Origin: a virus
Lineage: Duplodnaviria; Heunggongvirae; Uroviricota; Caudoviricetes
Length of the DNA: 64,000 nucleotides
Direction: 5' to 3' (one strand)
Virus record (IMG/VR): IMGVR_UViG_3300042544_001887
Within the stretch, counting starts at the first letter, position 1. The number at the start of each line of letters is the position of its first letter. Below are positions 45,501 through 53,072 of this stretch, in pieces. The notes beneath the pieces were generated by a model, which saw only the letters and a list, made by a program, of their open reading frames with translations, ran no database searches and was not told where the DNA came from. Position numbers and translations under genes: made by a program.

Positions 45501-45935
45501 ATGACAAGACTTACAACATTAGACCTACCCTCATTTCATCGTGCCACAGTTGGCTTTGACAGAATTTTTAATGAAATTGAACGTCAATTTGCCAATTCTC
45601 CAAATACCAACAACTATCCTCCATACAACGTTGCTGAAATCAACGAAAACGAATGGATGATCAGTATTGCAGTTGCTGGCTTTGGAATGGACAATCTCGA
45701 TATTGTACACGATAAAAATATCTTGACTGTTGAGGGCACATCTCCAAAAGGAGACGAGGAAGTAAAGTATCTACACAAGGGACTCGGAAGACGCAGTTTC
45801 CGTAGAAGCTTTACACTAGCCGACTTTGTTGAAGTTGCAAACGCAACCCTTGAGCTCGGTATGCTAAATATTCATCTAAAGCGTAATGTTCCAGAAGAAC
45901 TACAGCCGAAGAGAATTGAAATTATTGCTAACTAA
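45501..45935 (+). CDS. Small heat-shock protein Hsp20 (IbpA-like)
   Basis: NYPPYN, IAVAGF, YLHKG..RSF.RSFTLA, GML.I.L..PE..P..I.I. Confidence 0.95.
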   Translation: MTRLTTLDLPSFHRATVGFDRIFNEIERQFANSPNTNNYPPYNVAEINENEWMISIAVAGFGMDNLDIVHDKNILTVEGTSPKGDEEVKYLHKGLGRRSFRRSFTLADFVEVANATLELGMLNIHLKRNVPEELQPKRIEIIAN

Positions 45936-45942
45936 TGTCTAA

Positions 45943-45971
45943 TTGTTAGAGGGTGCAACACCCTCTAACAA
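45943..45971. terminator. Hairpin terminator
   Basis: TTGTTAGAGGGTG-CAA-CACCCTCTAACAA, perfect 13-bp stem. Confidence 0.8.
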
Positions 45972-45988
45972 ACCTTGGAGAAAAATAA

Positions 45989-46321
45989 ATGACAAATGAT
46001 GTATATAAACAAAAAGAACAACTCGACATTGCTAAAGTTAATGAAAAAATAAAAGTTGATTATAAAGAACCGTCGAGATTTAAGGTTGTGTTTTTAAATG
46101 ACGACCATACTCCAATGGAATTTGTAGTTATGTTATTAGTCAAACTTTTTAAACACTCTGAAGAAACTGCACACGCTCTTACTATGAAAATTCACGAAGA
46201 AGGTTCGGGAGTTGTTGGAGTTTACAGTTATGAAATTGCCGAAGAAAAGGCCATAGAAACAATTTCTGTTTGCAGAGATAACGGGTTTCCTTTAAGAATT
46301 AAGTTAGAGGAAGAAGCTTGA
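45989..46321 (+). CDS. clpS: ATP-dependent Clp protease adaptor
   Basis: V..LNDDHTPMEFVV..L..F..A..IH..G..G.Y..EIAE.K..GFPL. Confidence 0.95.
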   Translation: MTNDVYKQKEQLDIAKVNEKIKVDYKEPSRFKVVFLNDDHTPMEFVVMLLVKLFKHSEETAHALTMKIHEEGSGVVGVYSYEIAEEKAIETISVCRDNGFPLRIKLEEEA

Positions 46322-46845
46322 AGTTAAAAGAACTAACATACGAAGTTCATCAACGTGCTGAACGTACCGAATTTGCACGAAATCTTCTTAAAGGGCTTTC
46401 TCCAGAAGAATACCATCGTTATCTGTATAATCAGTATATGATATATTCTATACTTGAAGATGCTGCCAAGCATGTATTACCTGAACTAAAAGAAATCTAT
46501 AGAGCAGAACGCATTTATGCAGATATCAGAGAACTCGAACGAGAATACGCTATAGGCACCACACCCAGTCTCTTAATGCCAGTTGTGCGTGAATATGAAA
46601 AGCATATTATAAATCTAAATCGAGAAGGTATACTTGCTCACATTTACGTTCGTCATTTTGGCGATATGTATGGCGGCCAGATGATTAAGAAACGTAATCC
46701 AGGATCAGGAACTATGTATGATTTTGATAACGTTGAAGAACTTAAAACTAAGGTTAGATCAATGCTGTCAGATGACATGGCAGAAGAAGCAAATCGTTGT
46801 TTTGAGTTTGCTATTCAATTGTTTACGGAATTAACCAATGAGTGA
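46318..46845 (+). CDS. hemO: Heme oxygenase
   Basis: LKELT..H..AE; AHIYVRHFGDMYGGQMI; EA..CFEF. Confidence 0.93.
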   Translation: MKLKELTYEVHQRAERTEFARNLLKGLSPEEYHRYLYNQYMIYSILEDAAKHVLPELKEIYRAERIYADIRELEREYAIGTTPSLLMPVVREYEKHIINLNREGILAHIYVRHFGDMYGGQMIKKRNPGSGTMYDFDNVEELKTKVRSMLSDDMAEEANRCFEFAIQLFTELTNE

Positions 46846-47518
46846 AGTTTGGAATCAGTTAGTCAATCTTCAAGATAAAATTATATCTAAACTCAACTCG
46901 TGTGCCACAGAAGTATACGAGCCTGGCATGGATAGATTTAATCAGCCGGGCTGGGTGAATAGAGTTTGGCAAAACGACACAATTCGTCGTGCCCATGTTG
47001 ATGTGGTTGATGCAAGATCAACTAAAGGACTGTGGATGATGCATGTTTGTTTATTTCCACATTGCACAGATACTGCACCAATTTACGGGCTAGACATAAT
47101 AGCAGGTAAAAATAAAGTTACAGGATTTTTTCACGATTTTAGTCCAACTGTAGCACCTAATCATACAATGATTATAAACTTTGGAAAAGTTGTATCTGAG
47201 TATGACTGGAAAAAAGAAAGAGAGCTTCCTGACTGGGCTAAAGCTATTTTTAGTCAGTATATGGTTGCTGTTGGTAATGTAAATACCAACGAAGAATTAG
47301 AATCGTTAATAGACTTAAGTCTTAACAATCTTGATGACTGGCTTGGATATTACAGATACACAAAATGCACTTACGAAGAAGGCGCGGCAGCACAAAATCG
47401 TTATGCATATTATCAAAAACAAAATCCGCATACACCAAGAACAATGACAGCTCTTGGACTAAACGAAGAAGATGTACAAGTTTTTGTACAGGAATGCTTG
47501 TTTCCTGATATAAAATAA
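46838..47518 (+). CDS. pcyX: Ferredoxin-dependent bilin reductase, PcyX type
   Basis: RRAHVD (D55), MMHVC (H69), YGLDII (D86), QKQNPHTPR; Asp rather than PcyA Glu76. Confidence 0.85.
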   Translation: MSEVWNQLVNLQDKIISKLNSCATEVYEPGMDRFNQPGWVNRVWQNDTIRRAHVDVVDARSTKGLWMMHVCLFPHCTDTAPIYGLDIIAGKNKVTGFFHDFSPTVAPNHTMIINFGKVVSEYDWKKERELPDWAKAIFSQYMVAVGNVNTNEELESLIDLSLNNLDDWLGYYRYTKCTYEEGAAAQNRYAYYQKQNPHTPRTMTALGLNEEDVQVFVQECLFPDIK

Positions 47519-47573
47519 TATTAGCATACATAGAAATGACTCCGTTAGTTAAATAATAATGGAGGGCATTCCA

Positions 47574-48029
47574 ATGAAAAAAATAATAATAATCGCATGT
47601 TTGATTGCGAATCCGGCCCTAGCGGATATCGTGTTTGAATTTAATTCCCCTGCTTTTAGCGGCAATGGATATAGTACACACGTTCTTACTATTGAACAGT
47701 TAGAGCAACAACGCAGAGATAAAATTAAAGCAGACGAGCAAGCAGAACTTGATCGCATTGAGCGTGAATATCGTAACAGTAACGCTTATAAATTTCAAAA
47801 CAACTTAGAAAGTCGTATCTACGCACAACTGTCAAAACAAATAGCAGATGCACTATTTGGCGAAGGCGGCACCATTACAATAGGAGAATGGGCAGAAGCA
47901 GAAACTCCATTCGGCGATAATATTCGTTGGATGAGAGATGTTGATGACAGAATTTATATAGAGGTATACGACTCAAATGGAGAGTTAGTATCTAGCTTTG
48001 ATGTACCAGTAGGGGAGTTTGCGTTCTAA
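47574..48029 (+). CDS. csgF: Curli assembly protein CsgF-like
   Basis: Signal peptide; FEFNSPAFSGNG..IEQ..F..NLESRIYAQLS.QI..LFG. Confidence 0.85.
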   Translation: MKKIIIIACLIANPALADIVFEFNSPAFSGNGYSTHVLTIEQLEQQRRDKIKADEQAELDRIEREYRNSNAYKFQNNLESRIYAQLSKQIADALFGEGGTITIGEWAEAETPFGDNIRWMRDVDDRIYIEVYDSNGELVSSFDVPVGEFAF

Positions 48030-48802
48030 TGAAAATACTATTATCTATATTGCTGGCCACATCTATATTAGCAAGTTGTTCATCTACAGTGAATAGAATT
48101 GAAAGTGAACCGCCGCAGGTTGTGATCACAGACGAAGAATACCTAAATGCACTTCCTCCTCTAGCAGGACCTATGGTAGCAGCAGTGTATCAATTTGAAG
48201 ATAAAACAGGGCAGCGTAAACCTAGTGAACGCCTTGCAAATATCAGCACAGCCGTTACACAAGGTGCAAGTGAATACGTAATTAAAGCACTACGCGAAGT
48301 AGGCAACGGTACATGGTTTAAAGTTGTTGAACGTGTGGGATTAGAAAACTTGTCTAAAGAGCGTCAGATTATTAGACAGACCAGAGAAAGTGTAGGAGAC
48401 GAAACTCCTCTAGCACCAATGATGTTTGCAGGACTAATTGTAGAAGGTGCTATAGTTGGTTATGATTCAAATACTCTAACAGGCGGAGCGGGGGCACGCT
48501 ATTTAGGTATAGGACCGAGCACTCAATACACAGAAGATGTTATAACTGTAACAATGCGTTGTGTAAGTGTGCAGACCGGTGAAATATTAACCAGCACGGC
48601 GGTAACAAAAACAGTTGTAAGCACTAGCACAGATATGGGGGTATTTCGCTTTATTGAGTTAGGCACACAAGCAGTTGAATTAGAAGTGGGCAACAGTCAA
48701 AACGAAAGCGTAAATCATGCTGTAAGATTGGCAATTCAAGCAGCAATAGTAGAAATGATAAAGGAAGGTGCGGATAACGGTATCTGGACCATCCAACAAT
48801 AA
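48029..48802 (+). CDS. csgG: Curli secretion channel lipoprotein CsgG
   Basis: Lipobox LASC; AVYQFEDKTGQRKP, STAVTQG, WF.VVER.GL.NL.KERQIIR, EG.I.GYD. Confidence 0.95.
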   Translation: MKILLSILLATSILASCSSTVNRIESEPPQVVITDEEYLNALPPLAGPMVAAVYQFEDKTGQRKPSERLANISTAVTQGASEYVIKALREVGNGTWFKVVERVGLENLSKERQIIRQTRESVGDETPLAPMMFAGLIVEGAIVGYDSNTLTGGAGARYLGIGPSTQYTEDVITVTMRCVSVQTGEILTSTAVTKTVVSTSTDMGVFRFIELGTQAVELEVGNSQNESVNHAVRLAIQAAIVEMIKEGADNGIWTIQQ

Positions 48803-48841
48803 ACAGAGTAAGATAAAACTTACCAATACGAGGGCAAAAAA

Positions 48842-49675
48842 ATGAAAAAGATTCTAACCACAGTGGCTTTCTCTATGTTGGCAACAACAGCGATAGCAAG
48901 TGAAGTATATATTGATCAAGCAGGTGGTGCATTGAATGTAGATGTGCTACAAGAAAATGGACTTAACCGTGTTAATAGAGAAGACAACCCTTTTGATATT
49001 GAAGGAAATGACATTGATATTAACATAACTCAAAACGGCGACGGCAACGAAGCAGATTTTGAATTAGAATCAGGGGCAAATAATACTACACTGGTCTACA
49101 GTGCCGCTGGAGATTATAACACTATAATTGGACAAATATTTGGCGGAATTTCAAATACATTTGATACTACTATTACTGGTAGTTCGAACGCTATTACATA
49201 CTGTAGAGATTATACAAACAGTAATTGTAATGGTGTAATTGTTAACAATACCACAACTACAGTAGAACTAATAGGTAGTAATAACCAGTTGAACTTTGCA
49301 TTAGACAGTGCAGATAGCACTAATAATATAAAAATAGGACAAACTACTCCTAGCGATCAAAACGTGTTCAATCTTACACAAATTTCAACAGCAGGCTATG
49401 ACTCTGTAACTGCTAACATTGATGGAGATTCAAACACTACCGATATTACTCAAAATACCACAGGTGGAAACAATGTAGTAATTATGGACATCATTGGTGG
49501 AAACAACGTATTAGCATTTACTCAAACTGGAGCAGCAGGTTATAACAATATCACAATGGACATAACCGGAAACTCCAATGCATTTACGTTTGATCAACAG
49601 ACTGCTATAGGATATACTTATATCACTGGTGTAGTTGCTGGTAATTCAAATACTGTGAATATATTACAGAACTAA
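48842..49675 (+). CDS. Curlin-like repeat protein
   Basis: Signal peptide; repeated Q/I-x-G-x-x-N beta-arc units (ITQNGDGNEA, ITGSSNAI, LIGSNNQL, ITGNSNAF). Confidence 0.75.
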   Translation: MKKILTTVAFSMLATTAIASEVYIDQAGGALNVDVLQENGLNRVNREDNPFDIEGNDIDINITQNGDGNEADFELESGANNTTLVYSAAGDYNTIIGQIFGGISNTFDTTITGSSNAITYCRDYTNSNCNGVIVNNTTTTVELIGSNNQLNFALDSADSTNNIKIGQTTPSDQNVFNLTQISTAGYDSVTANIDGDSNTTDITQNTTGGNNVVIMDIIGGNNVLAFTQTGAAGYNNITMDITGNSNAFTFDQQTAIGYTYITGVVAGNSNTVNILQN

Positions 49676-49676
49676 T

Positions 49677-50771
49677 ATGTGGCGTTGGTTTGGAATAATG
49701 GTTATTATACCTAGCATAGCATTTGCTGAAGTGGGCAGTATCACAGAGTTTGATGGCAATCCTGCAGGTGCTGTTCGTAGCAAAGAAGAACTTGTTTTTG
49801 AACAAGCAGGGTTCGGTGTGGAAATGCTAGACAAGTTGATTACTGCTCAAACTAATTTAGAAATTACATTTGAAGACGATTCAAAAGTAAGAATTACTGA
49901 ACAAAGTGAATTAGTGATAGACGATTTTGTATATGACCCAAACACCAGCACAGGAAGTATGAGTATGAAAGTTGCCCTCGGCACTGTACAAATGACCAGC
50001 GGTAAACTAGCTAAAACTAGCCGAGATCGTGTAAGTATAAACACGCCTACTGCTAGCATAACAGTTAGAGGTACTGATTTTTCAATGACTGTGGACGAGT
50101 TAGGTCGTAGTCTGATAATTCTGCTTCCAAGTTGCCCTGACGAAACACTCAACGAAGACGAATGTCCAGTGGGTGCTATTACAGTTAGTAACGCAGCAGG
50201 TAGTGTATCTCTTAACGAAGCATACCAAGGAACTATGGTAAGCAGTATGGCAATGTTACCAAGCGATCCTCGTAGATTATTGTTACAAAGATCAAATATT
50301 AACAATGAATTAATCATTGTTCCTCCTAGTGAATTTCCAAACGGATTTGCTACTGAAGACGAAGAAGAAGAAATTAGAACAGGCCTTGATGTAGACTTTT
50401 TAGAATATCAAGAACTTAGCGTAAATTTATTAAACGACGATCTTCTTAACTTTTCACAATTAGACGTAAACAGGCTTAATAACAAATACTTGGATAACTT
50501 TTTAGATTTCACACCAGGCTTAGACGACAACGAACTAGATGAAGAAGAAAATACAATTTTACCAAACATACACAAATATCCATGGATGACATGGATTGCA
50601 AACGAAGAAAGCATATTTATAGACAGTGATCGCCCTCCTCACATTGCTGTTCTAAATACCAGGGCAGACACACACGGAACTTACAGTCTTACACAAGACG
50701 ACTACGTTGCAAACGTTCAAATACAAGACGGTGGCGACAACATCAATATTAAGGTGGTACAAAAACAATGA
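49677..50771 (+). CDS. FecR-domain periplasmic protein
   Basis: ITFEDDSKV.ITEQSEL.IDDFVYDP; INTPTASITVRGTDF. Confidence 0.9.
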   Translation: MWRWFGIMVIIPSIAFAEVGSITEFDGNPAGAVRSKEELVFEQAGFGVEMLDKLITAQTNLEITFEDDSKVRITEQSELVIDDFVYDPNTSTGSMSMKVALGTVQMTSGKLAKTSRDRVSINTPTASITVRGTDFSMTVDELGRSLIILLPSCPDETLNEDECPVGAITVSNAAGSVSLNEAYQGTMVSSMAMLPSDPRRLLLQRSNINNELIIVPPSEFPNGFATEDEEEEIRTGLDVDFLEYQELSVNLLNDDLLNFSQLDVNRLNNKYLDNFLDFTPGLDDNELDEEENTILPNIHKYPWMTWIANEESIFIDSDRPPHIAVLNTRADTHGTYSLTQDDYVANVQIQDGGDNINIKVVQKQ

Positions 50772-52417
50772 AAACAATAATAAAAATAATCGCAACATTT
50801 TTTGTACTAACATTTGCCACAGCAGCAAACGCTGCAATTACAGATGGTAAATTTGGTATAGCACAAATATTTGACGTTCAATATTATTGGAATGGAACAA
50901 CGCTTAATGCAAGCAACTTTATTGCTCCATACGATAAGGACTTCAACACAGTAACAGCAACCTCCGGGCAGTATTTTGAATTTTTTGATTCAACAGTGCA
51001 ACCGGGAAAACAAGGTCTAAGATTAATGAATTCCAACGGAACACTGGATCGTATTATTCATGACTACGGAGACATTACAGCACTAGGCTCCGGCGCCATA
51101 TTTTATATCGGCAGCGGATTCTTTGGTAATGTTATCTCGACAGCACAAGGTTATAACTATGGATCTAGTGCTTCGTTTACAAATATGGATACAAGTGTAG
51201 ATTCAAGTGATTTAACAAGTTACACTTTCGCAAGTTCGCAGCCGCTAGCAGCAGGACAAAGTGCTGCTCCAGCAGGTCCAACTTATACTAACCTAAACAG
51301 TACTATAACAACTGTTTATCCAACTAGTACTAATACACCTGCAGGTGAAGAAGCCATTAAAGCAGTCGACGGCAGCGGCAGCACCAAGTATCTTAACTTT
51401 GACAGAGAAACAGCAGGTTTCACTGTAAAATTAAGTGCAGGTCGTGTGGTAAAAGCATTGCAATTCACAACAGCAAACGATTTTGCATTGCGTGATCCAA
51501 CTAAGTTTACACTTTATGGTTCAAACGATGGTGTTACTTGGACAGCAATTGTACAAGATCAACCTATTACACTGCCTAGCGGACGTGGTGTAACAATAGA
51601 TCCTGTAGTTATTACAAACACAACAGCATATGTTTATTACTTTATTACATTCCCTGAATTAAAGTCAACAACAGATCCTAGTTGTGCTAATCCAACTACA
51701 CAACAACAGATACTTGCTTGCGACAGTGTTCAGATTGCAGAAGTAATATTCTTGATGGAAGACGGCGATACCACTACCAGCACTGACCAAGGTTCAGGAA
51801 GTGTAAGCAACCCAGGTCCACAAGTACAAGTACCGTTAACCAGTATCACAAGTGTACAACAAGCACAAGTTGCAACAGCATTTGCTATTACAAGTGGCAA
51901 CAATGTTGACTTTACTATTATAGGTAGTTCAAACACAGTTGACATTGAACAACTAAGCAATGGTAACTATGTATTACTTTACTTAAACGGTAGTTCAAAC
52001 ACACTGGATATTTCACAGAGTGGATCAAATGCTGATAGAAACTTTGCTGACATTAACATTGTAGGCAGCAACAACACTATGACATTTGAACAAAGTGGTA
52101 ACAGCAACAAAACAGCATTTTTAGATATTGACGGTAGTTACGGAACATACAACATTACTCAAACAGGAACTGGACTACATCATTTAGATCTTACCAACGT
52201 CGGCGATGATGCTACAGTTACAGTATTGCAAGAAGGTGCAGGTAATCATCAAGCAATAGTAGAACTAGAAAATGCAGGCGGAAACTGGAACTTCAATCTT
52301 ACACAGAGTGGAGATACAAGTCAGCTGTATAGTCTTCCAAATAACCTCAGTGACAATACTGTAGTAAATGGCGTTTGTACTAGCGGCACTTGCAATATGA
52401 CAGTTAATCAACAATAA
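50768..52417 (+). CDS. Secreted discoidin/F5-8C carbohydrate-binding + curlin-repeat chimera
   Basis: KAVDG..TKY..TTAND..RDP..F.LYGSNDG..W (discoidin-like); C-terminal QSG.N/QTG/QEG curlin repeats. Confidence 0.75.
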   Translation: MKTIIKIIATFFVLTFATAANAAITDGKFGIAQIFDVQYYWNGTTLNASNFIAPYDKDFNTVTATSGQYFEFFDSTVQPGKQGLRLMNSNGTLDRIIHDYGDITALGSGAIFYIGSGFFGNVISTAQGYNYGSSASFTNMDTSVDSSDLTSYTFASSQPLAAGQSAAPAGPTYTNLNSTITTVYPTSTNTPAGEEAIKAVDGSGSTKYLNFDRETAGFTVKLSAGRVVKALQFTTANDFALRDPTKFTLYGSNDGVTWTAIVQDQPITLPSGRGVTIDPVVITNTTAYVYYFITFPELKSTTDPSCANPTTQQQILACDSVQIAEVIFLMEDGDTTTSTDQGSGSVSNPGPQVQVPLTSITSVQQAQVATAFAITSGNNVDFTIIGSSNTVDIEQLSNGNYVLLYLNGSSNTLDISQSGSNADRNFADINIVGSNNTMTFEQSGNSNKTAFLDIDGSYGTYNITQTGTGLHHLDLTNVGDDATVTVLQEGAGNHQAIVELENAGGNWNFNLTQSGDTSQLYSLPNNLSDNTVVNGVCTSGTCNMTVNQQ

Positions 52418-52433
52418 ATTTGTATACCACCTT

Positions 52434-52463
52434 AATGATAGGGCCTACGGGCCCTATCATTTT
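52434..52463 (+). terminator. Rho-independent terminator
   Basis: AATGATAGGGCC-TACG-GGCCCTATCATT. Confidence 0.85.
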
Positions 52464-52490
52464 AAATAAATACGTTAGGGGGCAATAACA

Positions 52491-52829
52491 ATGGATTTAG
52501 TATACGGAATAGCATTGAGTTTTCATCTAGGAATGAACGAGGACTACAATAATTTGCATCCACATATTCGTTTACAAAACGATGACTTTATTGCAGGTGC
52601 TTACTACAATAGCGAAGATGCATTAAGTGCTTATGCTGGGATTGAGCTAGGCAGCGGAAAATGGAATCACGAATTCGGTTTAGTATCTGGATACAATGAA
52701 AGCACTGTAATTCCTTTTGTTAGATCCACTTATGAATTAAATGATAATACAATAGGTTATATATCGCCAGGGTTCGAAGATAACAACATTGGTGTAGTAT
52801 TAGGCATAGAATTTCAAATTAAAAAATGA
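52491..52829 (+). CDS. Small beta-barrel-like protein
   Basis: LHPH..GAYYNSE..S.YAG..GLVSGY; alternating aromatic strands. Confidence 0.6.
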   Translation: MDLVYGIALSFHLGMNEDYNNLHPHIRLQNDDFIAGAYYNSEDALSAYAGIELGSGKWNHEFGLVSGYNESTVIPFVRSTYELNDNTIGYISPGFEDNNIGVVLGIEFQIKK

Positions 52830-53065
52830 AGTGGCTGATCGATCTATTTAAAGGAAAAGAAGATGAAGTACACAGTGGATCATCGGACCTCCATATTAGA
52901 ATTGCTGAAATCCAGACCCGCATCGCCGCTGTTAGAAGCCGCAATGGCTGGGACAAAGAACCCTATAAAAATACTAAAATACAATCCCAACCAGTGGTGG
53001 CCCAGGAAAAACCTAAAGTAGGCAGCGAAGATTTAAAAGCTAAACTACTTGCTATAAAAAAATAA
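52826..53065 (+). CDS. Hypothetical protein
   Basis: ATGA overlap. Confidence 0.65.
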   Translation: MKWLIDLFKGKEDEVHSGSSDLHIRIAEIQTRIAAVRSRNGWDKEPYKNTKIQSQPVVAQEKPKVGSEDLKAKLLAIKK

Positions 53066-53072
53066 ATACAGT

